Below, piece by piece: positions 19,653-27,469 of a stretch of 40,000 bases of DNA; the stretch's first letter is position 1; each line of letters opens with the position of its first letter. The notes under the pieces were generated by a model. The model worked only from the letters and a program-made list of their open reading frames with translations, made no database searches and had not been told where the DNA came from. Both the position numbers and the translations under genes were made by a program. This DNA comes from Kehishuvirus sp. 'tikkala': the sequence record OQ198717.1. One strand, 5' to 3'.

Positions 19653-20258
19653 TTAAACCAATGTAGTTGTCCAATTATCAGTAAGGGAGTCTGTTTGACC
19701 TTCATTCTCAATATAGTTAGCCAGTTCTGAGATAGGCACTTTAGTACCATCCTTCACTTCTTCTTTCCAAATGAAATATTGAAGTAATCTCATGAACTTA
19801 TATTCCCCATTGAAGCCAGAAACATAGGCTTGAGTTGCATTAATGATTTGTTCATCAGTGTAATCATTCCCATACTTCTTAAAGAAAGTCTGTAACTTCC
19901 TCTTAATGTCAGTTTTATTCCCTCTCCAATACTGATTGTTAAAGTTCTTTCCTTCTGGATAAATGGATTGAAGTTGAGGTACTAATGCTTCAATTCTTTG
20001 ATTGAAGTCATCAGTCCCCACAGACTTATCAGAGTCAAGAATGATATTATTTACCACATTATTCCCTGTAGAAGTAACAAATAACCCTACAGGAAGATGT
20101 GTTTCCCTATCATAACTTGTACTAACAAGTCCTTTTTTCTTCAACTCACTTTCAGCAGCATTGAAATCTACATTGTTTTGAATAGCTATCATAAGTAAGA
20201 CCTCTCCAAGAGAAACCCCACTCTTCTTAATAACCTTGTCATTCAATGAGATTGTCAT
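19653..20258 (-). CDS. hypothetical replication-associated protein
   Basis: ORF between helicase genes; start MTISLNDK chosen from the tracked ORF 19653..20270. Confidence 0.55.
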   Translation of the reverse strand: MTISLNDKVIKKSGVSLGEVLLMIAIQNNVDFNAAESELKKKGLVSTSYDRETHLPVGLFVTSTGNNVVNNIILDSDKSVGTDDFNQRIEALVPQLQSIYPEGKNFNNQYWRGNKTDIKRKLQTFFKKYGNDYTDEQIINATQAYVSGFNGEYKFMRLLQYFIWKEEVKDGTKVPISELANYIENEGQTDSLTDNWTTTLV

Positions 20259-20262
20259 AGTA

Positions 20263-20664
20263 CTACCCAATCAGCAATTCAACATGAGCTTCCTCAACCT
20301 TCACAGTTTGTTCACAAGCCTCTACAGACTCATTCACCAGTGCAGCACAGTTCAAGAAATATTTCTCAATTTCTTTGTAAACTTTTGCAGCAGTAGCAAA
20401 TGCTTTACCTTTTGCTCTGGATTCTGCAATCCTCTTACCTGCTTCTTCATTGAAGGCATCTTCTTCATTGCATCTTGCAATAGCCCTTACTTTGAATGTA
20501 CCATTCATTCCTACAAGTGGAAGATTAGCCCACATATTAGGATAAATATCATTCCATGCAGGGTGCTTAGACAACTGCATATCACACTCCAGAACACAAA
20601 CTACCACCTTCTTCTCAGGATTTACAATGTAGTTTGCTTTAGTAATTTTAACTCTGTTTCTCAT
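20263..20664 (-). CDS. hypothetical protein
   Basis: 133-aa ORF overlapping the helicase gene by 4 nt. Confidence 0.6.
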   Translation of the reverse strand: MRNRVKITKANYIVNPEKKVVVCVLECDMQLSKHPAWNDIYPNMWANLPLVGMNGTFKVRAIARCNEEDAFNEEAGKRIAESRAKGKAFATAAKVYKEIEKYFLNCAALVNESVEACEQTVKVEEAHVELLIG

Positions 20665-21836
20665 ACTTTTATTTCACTTAAATTTGTTTTTTCAACCAAC
20701 TCTGGATTATAGTCCTCAAGCATCTTCTCAACCAACTCCTCTTCCCTTGTACCACTAAAGTAAGGGATGATAATAATAGGGTCTTTGTGCCTGAGTATTC
20801 TACCCAATCTTTGCTTGATGATAATATCACTGCTGTTCAGATTAGCATATAAACCAACTCTGCAATCTACAAGGTTCATACCTTCATTCAACATATTACA
20901 TGCTGTAATGTGGTCCAACTCCTTATGATTGAACATATCAAGTACTATAGAGGATTCCTTGTTCTTACTGTTAATACAGTTTTCCCCTAATATTTCTGTC
21001 TGCTCAATAGAGCTACAGAATGTAAGTACCCTCTCTGATTTCAGCTTCTCCAGAAGAGATAAGATAATAGGGTTCTTTAATTGTGAAAGGAATTTGAGCC
21101 TTTGACCTGCAAGGAATAACCATTTTGTCTTTACTCCTTCATTTCTTGTTCTCATATATTGCCTCTTCCAGAACTCTATCTTGCTTCCTAACTCTATCAC
21201 ATACTGTAATTCAGTACACTTAATATGCACTTGAATAGATTTATCCCTTAAGTAAGACCATCTATCTTTATATAGACATTCTTTGATAATCTTAGCTTTG
21301 GGATGTTCAATCATAGTATGTACAGCATGTGTATTATCAAGTTCAAGAGGGATAAGGAACACTCTTGGGTCAGGAAGGATTTCATTGTCTATAGCCTCCT
21401 TCATCTTCACTGTATAACACTGAAAATCAGGAAACAACTGACCAAGTTCCCACTTCATATCTCTGGTAACTGTAGCTGAAAGCATGATAGAATGATGTAT
21501 CTCCATTGTAGATACAAATTCACTACATCTTTCTGACATGTGCTGTACTTCATCAAAGATTACACAATCCCATTCTTCCTCTACATGTTTATTCAATCCA
21601 ACATAAGTACTGAAATACACTCTTTCAAGCCAAGATTCTAATCCCCATTTGATAAACTCCTCTTTCCAGTTGTTTATCAAGACTAATCTTGGTATTACTA
21701 TAAGTATGCTACTGGGATTATCCCTTAAAGCCAAATCAATACCTATCTTAGATTTACCAAAGGAAGTAGGTAACTCACAGAGTATAGAATTACTCCTTAT
21801 ATTCATTATCTCTTCCTGAGCCTGTTCTCTATTCAT
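20661..21836 (-). CDS. SF2 helicase
   Basis: LCELPTSFGKSKIGIDLAL, CVIFDEVQHM, IMLSAT, NEGMNLVDC, IIKQRLGRILRH. Confidence 0.88.
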   Translation of the reverse strand: MNREQAQEEIMNIRSNSILCELPTSFGKSKIGIDLALRDNPSSILIVIPRLVLINNWKEEFIKWGLESWLERVYFSTYVGLNKHVEEEWDCVIFDEVQHMSERCSEFVSTMEIHHSIMLSATVTRDMKWELGQLFPDFQCYTVKMKEAIDNEILPDPRVFLIPLELDNTHAVHTMIEHPKAKIIKECLYKDRWSYLRDKSIQVHIKCTELQYVIELGSKIEFWKRQYMRTRNEGVKTKWLFLAGQRLKFLSQLKNPIILSLLEKLKSERVLTFCSSIEQTEILGENCINSKNKESSIVLDMFNHKELDHITACNMLNEGMNLVDCRVGLYANLNSSDIIIKQRLGRILRHKDPIIIIPYFSGTREEELVEKMLEDYNPELVEKTNLSEIKV

Positions 21837-22368
21837 ATCTCTTTACTATATTCTTTAGTTTTTCTACATATTGCGGGTCTTCCGCATATCTCCACTTGTA
21901 ACCATAGGCAGTAAGTTTCTGTCCTCTACAAACCCTTTGTATAGCTGACTTATCTCCATTTACAAATAAAGCTGCCTTGGTAGTAGAATCAAAAGAAAGC
22001 TCATTACCCTCAAAATCTGTTCCAATTACAGGTTTCTCAAAGTGTTTAGCTATTCTATTTATTCTTGTACCATGTAATAGGTTCTCCCTAAAAGTAACCC
22101 ATTCTAAGTTTGCCAAATTATTATTCTCCTTATTTTCATCAATATGATTTACATATTCATAATTATTAGGATTTTCAATGAATTGAATAGCAAGAAGTCT
22201 ATGTATCCTTGGAAAGGTTCTAACTCCATTAACATTGAAATTAACAAACCAATATCCTCCTCTATCTTTAAAAGGAGTCAAGAATTTCCTTCTCCTAAAG
22301 GAATAAATCTGACCTGCTTTATTTATAGCATAATAGTCTTCATAACCTTTAATTCTTACTAAGTCCAT
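21829..22368 (-). CDS. NUMOD4-HNH homing endonuclease
   Basis: YEDYYAINKAGQIYSF, IHRLLAIQFIENPNNYEYVNHIDENKENNNLANLEWVTFRENLLHG. Confidence 0.85.
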   Translation of the reverse strand: MDLVRIKGYEDYYAINKAGQIYSFRRRKFLTPFKDRGGYWFVNFNVNGVRTFPRIHRLLAIQFIENPNNYEYVNHIDENKENNNLANLEWVTFRENLLHGTRINRIAKHFEKPVIGTDFEGNELSFDSTTKAALFVNGDKSAIQRVCRGQKLTAYGYKWRYAEDPQYVEKLKNIVKRYE

Positions 22369-22828
22369 GTTCTATACTTTTTACTTTTTGTATATAGTTT
22401 GTATCAGTAGCATACCATATATTAATCAAAAATTGATAGTAATCATCCGGGGGTTTGTATCTATATTGTATATAGTTGAGATAGGCAACCACACTCTCAC
22501 TCCAGTGGTCAAACTTATAATAGTCTTTCTTATAACTATTGTAGAGTCCAAATAAATTATTGTACTCTTTGCAGACCTTAGACCTGAAATGACCTGTCTC
22601 AAGAATAGCTTGAGCATATACAATGTTCTTATGTTTAACATTATAATACTCTAAAGCCTCCATAAGATAATCATCAGGAGCTTCTGATAGTAAGAACTCT
22701 GGTTGTTCCAATCTCAACACATCCACCTTCTCAGGTTCCTTGTGCTCTTCTTGATAGTCTATATAGTATAAACCATATAGACCACCAATTAGTAAGAGCA
22801 TAAGGATATTATATACCCTTTGTTTCAT
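22349..22828 (-). CDS. membrane-anchored glucosaminidase-like muralytic protein
   Basis: N-terminal TM helix; IVYAQAILETGHFRSKVCKEYNNLFGLYNS; start MKQRVYNIL directly after an A-rich leader. Confidence 0.7.
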   Translation of the reverse strand: MKQRVYNILMLLLIGGLYGLYYIDYQEEHKEPEKVDVLRLEQPEFLLSEAPDDYLMEALEYYNVKHKNIVYAQAILETGHFRSKVCKEYNNLFGLYNSYKKDYYKFDHWSESVVAYLNYIQYRYKPPDDYYQFLINIWYATDTNYIQKVKSIEHGLSKN

Positions 22829-22845
22829 AACATTTTTTTTTGTTA

Positions 22846-22977
22846 TCACTCTTGATTTTCAAGGATAGAAGCTAATTGACCACAGGCTGCTTGAGCCTTG
22901 ATTTCTGCTTCTGTAGCTATAGCCACCCCATAATCATAACCTTCTTTTTCAAGTTGTTCTTTGATTTCTTTTTCCAT
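22846..22977 (-). CDS. C-terminal fragment of RlmN-like radical SAM enzyme (separately encoded)
   Basis: Unlisted ORF: MEKEIKEQLEKEGYDYGVAIATEAEIKAQAACGQLASILENQE*. AACGQLA matches the segment around the C-terminal catalytic Cys of RlmN (E. coli [12 protein letters not shown]). Confidence 0.75.
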   Translation of the reverse strand: MEKEIKEQLEKEGYDYGVAIATEAEIKAQAACGQLASILENQE

Positions 22978-22979
22978 TT

Positions 22980-23771
22980 TTACAATAAATTTATTTGGTT
23001 AATAACACCCTTAGTCCCAATATTCTCTTCTGATACTTCATTAGGATTAATAGGACTAAGTTTTATAAAGAACTTATCCTTATCAAAGCCCCTTTTTAGA
23101 GCTTCAATATCAAAATCCTCTTCATCCACCAATGTTAGATTAAGAGTTGTTTTGAGGTTTGAATCAGTCCTAATTCTTCCCAGTTCCTCTATACTTAGCT
23201 TGTTCTTGAAAGGAATCAACCAATCTCTCTTCTCTTTGATGAAACTGTGTAGGCTTATTTGGAGAGAGATATTATCTTTAATCCAAGAAAAATCACTCCC
23301 TTTAATTCCTATGGTAGAAACATAATGATGGGTATTAGGATATTTCTCTGAAATAACCCTAATAGCATCCTTCACTGCTTCTATATTAAGAAAAGGCTCT
23401 CCCATCCTTGTGTAATTAATCTTAAACTCCTTAGAATTAAGAGGATTACATCCCTTTGGAGCATGTTCTATTGCAAAAACTACTTGGTCTACTATTTCTT
23501 GAGAAGTAAGATTTCTCCACTTCTTCATTTTTCCAGTTGCACAGAATTTACACCTTACAGGGCATCCACTCATAGTAGAAACACCTATCATCCATCTCTC
23601 ACTTCTATCCCCCAACTCATAATCTTTCAAAATATTAGATTTGGTATTTTGAGCATCCTTAGTGTAAAATGGAAGAAAAGTATCAGTAGTTTCTACTAAT
23701 AAACCATCTTGAAGTTTAAGACAATAGACAGACCCATTTGCAAAGTCCTTTCTACTCACTAAATCCATCAC
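22980..23771 (-). CDS. radical SAM protein, RlmN/Cfr-like, lacking the C-terminal Cys segment
   Basis: MIGVSTMSGCPVRCKFCATGKMKKWRNL (CxxxCxxC), YTRMGEPFLNIEAV, HHYVSTIGI, SLHSFIKEKRDWLIPF. Confidence 0.85.
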   Translation of the reverse strand: MMDLVSRKDFANGSVYCLKLQDGLLVETTDTFLPFYTKDAQNTKSNILKDYELGDRSERWMIGVSTMSGCPVRCKFCATGKMKKWRNLTSQEIVDQVVFAIEHAPKGCNPLNSKEFKINYTRMGEPFLNIEAVKDAIRVISEKYPNTHHYVSTIGIKGSDFSWIKDNISLQISLHSFIKEKRDWLIPFKNKLSIEELGRIRTDSNLKTTLNLTLVDEEDFDIEALKRGFDKDKFFIKLSPINPNEVSEENIGTKGVINQINLL

Positions 23772-24094
23772 ACTTTAATGTTTAAAAAGTTTATAACTGC
23801 TAAGACAGACCTACCTATATAGGTCTTCCCTTGAAGTCTAAAGGCATACTTAACAAGCCATTGTTGAGGAGTAGAATTATACATTATAACATACCACACA
23901 ACAAAGCCTACAAATGCTACAATGTTGAAGAAGGGAATTAGTTCAATAAGCAAAAGAACACAAAGCACCCACAAAGGAATTTCTATATCATGTTCCTCTG
24001 AAATCTTCATGCCATTATACATTATGACATGAGTATCTTTCATAATCCCCACCATGATAATAGTAAGGATTATTCCTATAATTACCCAAATCAT
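23768..24094 (-). CDS. membrane protein, unknown function
   Basis: 108-aa ORF with several hydrophobic segments; overlaps radical SAM gene start. Confidence 0.65.
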   Translation of the reverse strand: MIWVIIGIILTIIMVGIMKDTHVIMYNGMKISEEHDIEIPLWVLCVLLLIELIPFFNIVAFVGFVVWYVIMYNSTPQQWLVKYAFRLQGKTYIGRSVLAVINFLNIKV

Positions 24095-24096
24095 AG

Positions 24097-25314
24097 TTAC
24101 TTCTTATCAAAAGACTTGGTTATGTCCATCAACATCTTAAGACCCACAGCATCCATAGCATTATTTCCAGAACCATTTCCTCCAAACATTACAGATGGAA
24201 CCCATTGTACCTTAGAATTAGCCAGTGCTTCTGCAACACCTACAGCAGTCTTATAATCCCATTCAGCTTTCTCTGCGGGAGTTAAACCTGCTGCCACCAA
24301 TGCTCTATTAGCTGCTGCCTTAGCTTCACCTTCTGCCTGAACTTTAAGAGCAACTTGTTTAGCTTTCTTAGCTTCAAGTTCTGCTACCTCAAACTCCTGT
24401 TGTGCTTTGGTTACAGCTACAGCTTTCTCTTTCTCCTGTTCCCACTTAGCTTTCTCAGCAGTTGCCTTACCATCTTCTGTAATCTGAATAGTTCTTTGAA
24501 CTGCCTCAAGTGATTTAGTCTTAGAAGTGATAATTGCTAAGTTAGCTTGCTTTTGTGCATCAATTTGTGACTGAGTTGCAGCATCATATTTAATATCTAT
24601 AATACTAACCAGACCACAAGTTACACCATATTGTGAGAAAGGTGAGTTCTCCTGTCTTTTATAACCACCCGGAGAATTACCATCAGCTATAATCTCAGAC
24701 TGTGCTCTTACTTCCTCTTCACCAGTGATGTCATTAATAACCTTAGTCTTCAATACTCTGGTCTTATATACACCATTATTCAACTGGTCTGTAATATAGG
24801 CAATAAGGTCAGTCCTTGTCTCTGATACTGATTCCAATGAAGACATAAGAGGACCACAAGAAGTTACAACTTTATACAATGTAGGTTTAACCAAGTTAGC
24901 TATCAATGCTTCCTCAGAACCAAAGTCTGTTTGTATCTTCTCCATATTCTTGGCATCATTAGGCATTACTACCCTAAATGAACCAACAATAAAACCTCTA
25001 CCTTTGTCATTGAATGTAAGTGCTGCTGCTGGATTACTTCCTGCTGCTACATAACCATCTTCATTCTTTTCAAGACCTGTAAATTCTATCTGTGAAGTCT
25101 TTGAATAACTTCTCACAGTACCAAGCCCCTGCCATTGCAATCCACCATCAGTCCAGACTACATAATTACCTGTTACAGGCATCTGACATACATAGTTCTT
25201 TGACTTGTCTGCATCTTCCCATAAAGCCCCTGCCATTGCAATCATGAGAACTGCAACAACAGCAATAATAATACCAAGGATTTTCCCTTTGTTAATTGGT
25301 TTTTGATTTGCCAT
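24097..25314 (-). CDS. SPFH/band-7 domain membrane protein
   Basis: N-terminal TM helix; TRVLKTKVINDITGEEEVRAQSEI; long QAQKQANLAIITSKTK...AVTKAQQEFEVAELEAKKAKQVALKVQAEGEAKAAANRAL helix typical of SPFH proteins. Confidence 0.8.
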   Translation of the reverse strand: MANQKPINKGKILGIIIAVVAVLMIAMAGALWEDADKSKNYVCQMPVTGNYVVWTDGGLQWQGLGTVRSYSKTSQIEFTGLEKNEDGYVAAGSNPAAALTFNDKGRGFIVGSFRVVMPNDAKNMEKIQTDFGSEEALIANLVKPTLYKVVTSCGPLMSSLESVSETRTDLIAYITDQLNNGVYKTRVLKTKVINDITGEEEVRAQSEIIADGNSPGGYKRQENSPFSQYGVTCGLVSIIDIKYDAATQSQIDAQKQANLAIITSKTKSLEAVQRTIQITEDGKATAEKAKWEQEKEKAVAVTKAQQEFEVAELEAKKAKQVALKVQAEGEAKAAANRALVAAGLTPAEKAEWDYKTAVGVAEALANSKVQWVPSVMFGGNGSGNNAMDAVGLKMLMDITKSFDKK

Positions 25315-25522
25315 CTTTTTTCTTTTTAATGTTAGTTTTTCTTTTTACTCGTTTCTTCTCTTCCTGAGACACCATCCAATAGTAGAATGGAATACACAGA
25401 TAAGAGAATTTGATTTCTCTGTTTGTTATTTTCCACTTGCCAAATAATTGTCCTATCACCATTACATAGTATATAACAGCAAGAACAACAAATGCAGCAA
25501 GTAATACTCTTGCATAAATCAT
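25292..25522 (-). CDS. small single-TM basic protein
   Basis: MIYARVLLAAFVVLAVIYYVMVIGQLFGKW..., preceded by a poly-A leader. Confidence 0.6.
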   Translation of the reverse strand: MIYARVLLAAFVVLAVIYYVMVIGQLFGKWKITNREIKFSYLCIPFYYWMVSQEEKKRVKRKTNIKKKKDGKSKTN

Positions 25523-25547
25523 GATTTTCTTTTTTTTTTAGTTATTC

Positions 25548-25715
25548 CTACCCCATTATCCATGATAAGTACTTGAGAGGATAGCCTATAGGTGCATGAG
25601 TTCCTTCAAAGGAATTAAGTTTCTTCCTTGGAAACTTGGTTCTATACTTATACCTTCTCCAATATCTGGCACAATGCCCCCACTTCTTCTTAGTTAAAAC
25701 CCTTCCTTTACTCAT
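25548..25715 (-). CDS. small basic protein (55 aa), unlisted
   Basis: Own translation: MSKGRVLTKKKWGHCARYWRRYKYRTKFPRKKLNSFEGTHAPIGYPLKYLSWIMG*. Start overlaps the upstream ORF stop (ATGA). Confidence 0.5.
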   Translation of the reverse strand: MSKGRVLTKKKWGHCARYWRRYKYRTKFPRKKLNSFEGTHAPIGYPLKYLSWIMG

Positions 25716-25882
25716 ATTTCCAATAGTTTTATGTAAGTTCTTCCACCATCCTTATCATACCATAGCAATAGTATATACTTGTTATAGCTTGTGACTAAAT
25801 CAAAATAAGGGTGATACCTAACAAAAGTTCTTATTAGTAAGATAATACCAAACAATCCTACTATAATTGATACAAATAACAT
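25712..25882 (-). CDS. small membrane protein (56 aa), unlisted
   Basis: Own translation: MLFVSIIVGLFGIILLIRTFVRYHPYFDLVTSYNKYILLLWYDKDGGRTYIKLLEI*; ATGA coupling to the next ORF. Confidence 0.5.
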   Translation of the reverse strand: MLFVSIIVGLFGIILLIRTFVRYHPYFDLVTSYNKYILLLWYDKDGGRTYIKLLEI

Positions 25883-25903
25883 ACTACCTACACTATAAAT
25901 GAT

Positions 25904-26284
25904 TTAATTATCCAATACAGCATAGGTGAAACTCACTCCACCAAGCTCTTCCACAATCCTTTTGAGGTGTGCTTCAAGCCTCTGTTTCTTAGTAAGTCTT
26001 TCCCAATCTTTTGCTTTCACAAAGTAAGGAGCTTCTTTTCCTGTCATGTAGTCATAAGCATCCATACTAAGATTGAGTGATTGACCAGCAGGTTTATACT
26101 TTCTGGTCTTCACAGTAATGGTTTCAGCATCTTTCTTACCATCCTTAAGACCTTCTACTCTCATATTGAAAGTGTCATAACCTGTGCCTACTTTTTCTTT
26201 CTCAAGAGCTTTAGCCTGCTCTTGGCTCAGCATCACACTACCTTGTAATGTGACACTGAGACTCACTTTGATTTCATTATTCAT
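25904..26284 (-). CDS. hypothetical protein
   Basis: Start MNNEIKVSLSV chosen from the tracked ORF 25904..26350. Confidence 0.6.
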   Translation of the reverse strand: MNNEIKVSLSVTLQGSVMLSQEQAKALEKEKVGTGYDTFNMRVEGLKDGKKDAETITVKTRKYKPAGQSLNLSMDAYDYMTGKEAPYFVKAKDWERLTKKQRLEAHLKRIVEELGGVSFTYAVLDN

Positions 26285-26666
26285 CTGAATCTTTACCACC
26301 AAGCATAGCTCCCATAAGAAGCATACCCAACATGGCTTCTGGACCTTCACCTGCTAAATTCTTAGCTGTAAGAGCAACAACAATCTTTTGCTGTTGGTCT
26401 GCAATGAATTTCTGCAAGTCCATAGGCAGAGTACCAAGTAGGTAAGTAATTACAATAGCCTTGCTTTGGTTATCTTTTAATCTGTTCAACTCAATCAGGC
26501 AGTTATCCAACACATCTTCTGCATCAGTATCACCTGTCTTTTTACCAAGGTCAATTACACCTTCCCTCAAATCATCCATTACTTCTTTAGGAAGTGGTTT
26601 GTTAAGACCTAATTTTTCTCTCATGTTTTCTGCGAAGCTCTCAGCTCCACTCTTTTCATTTTTCAT
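26277..26666 (-). CDS. hypothetical protein
   Basis: 129-aa ORF directly preceded by ACTAAAAAAAAAAC leader. Confidence 0.65.
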   Translation of the reverse strand: MKNEKSGAESFAENMREKLGLNKPLPKEVMDDLREGVIDLGKKTGDTDAEDVLDNCLIELNRLKDNQSKAIVITYLLGTLPMDLQKFIADQQQKIVVALTAKNLAGEGPEAMLGMLLMGAMLGGKDSDE

Positions 26667-26714
26667 TGTTTTTTTTTTTAGTAAAACATATCTTAATTAT
26701 CACAAGAATGTGCA

Positions 26715-26758
26715 TAAAAAGAAAAGGCTACCAGTACTTAAACTGATAGCCTTTAAAA
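26715..26758. terminator. bidirectional rho-independent terminator
   Basis: AAAAGGCTACCAGTACTTAAACTGATAGCCTTTT hairpin with A/T tracts on both sides. Confidence 0.7.
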
Positions 26759-26899
26759 GATAGAATATTCTACAACACCTTTGAAATTGTTGCCCCTAAG
26801 GGCATAAGTTGATATAAAAATCTACTCCTTTCTTACTTTAATTTACTTTTCTTTTATGTATAATATTGAAGTAAGTGTTGTATATCACTAATCTTTTTG

Positions 26900-27202
26900 T
26901 GGGGATGGTTGGACTCGAACCCTTGTCTTACCAATCTTTAATAAAAGAATTACACATGCTTACTATTTTTGATGTGGTTAGTTATCCACTGGGGTTGACC
27001 AGAAATCAACACAATCCACCACTTGCATTAATCTATGCAAGAAATCCTTTGTTTGCACCTTTCTGTTTCAAAGCAAGTGCTGCTTAGCCTAATTTAGGCA
27101 GCAACTCTATAAGTGTTGTCAGTTAATTGTTTTGTTGTCTCTCCAACTGTCTCTGCATGTTCTCTTACCAAATAATTAGCAATCAAAGCCAAATTATGCC
27201 CC
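26900..27202 (-). ncRNA. ssrA: candidate tmRNA (ssrA-like)
   Basis: Minus strand: 5' GGGGCATAATTTGGCTTTGATTG, GGTAAGAGAACATGCAG; in-frame ...GACAACACTTATAGAGTTGCTGCCTAA (DNTYRVAA*) with the stop in a hairpin loop; H-type pseudoknot GTTGATTTCTGGTCAACCCCAG; AGTAAGCATGTG; 3' GGGTTCGAGTCC...CCATCCCCA; ~303 nt. Confidence 0.6.
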
Positions 27203-27332
27203 TTGTTAATAAGATAGGTGAGATTATCAATAGTCCGAATAATCCCTAAAAGATTCATATAAGTTCATGCCACTATTAGGCAAGGTTGTTATCTCAAACA
27301 ACAGTATTCTTACTTATATTATCTACCCTTTG

Positions 27333-27405
27333 TACCCCCAAGAAGACTCGAACTTCTGTCTAAAGTTTAGGAAACTTCTATTCTATCCACTGAACTATGA
27401 GGGCA
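27333..27405 (-). tRNA. tRNA-Arg(CCT)
   Basis: TGCCCTC...GAAGT TTCCTAA ACTTT...AAGTTCGAGTCTT...GGGGGTA cloverleaf by eye. Confidence 0.8.
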
Positions 27406-27469
27406 GTTGAGTAGCTGTGTTTCACAACATGAGCTACTCTTTAATTAACCTTATAATTAAAACACATAC

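Noticed and set aside
20236-20712. 158-aa plus-strand ORF
   Set aside because: Antisense across the coherent minus-strand operon; low-complexity shadow translation.
26900-26990. Simple tRNA gene at the GGTTCGAGTCC signature
   Set aside because: No matching 5' acceptor, D-arm or anticodon arm within tRNA distance; the longer tmRNA-like arrangement explains the region better.
27094-27258. 54-aa minus-strand ORF MNLLGIIRTIDNLTYLINKGHNLALIANYLVREHAETVGETTKQLTDNTYRVAA*
   Set aside because: It runs through the tmRNA candidate, lacks the poly-A leader, and its C-terminus coincides with the tag-like end. Kept only as the main alternative explanation for the tmRNA frame.
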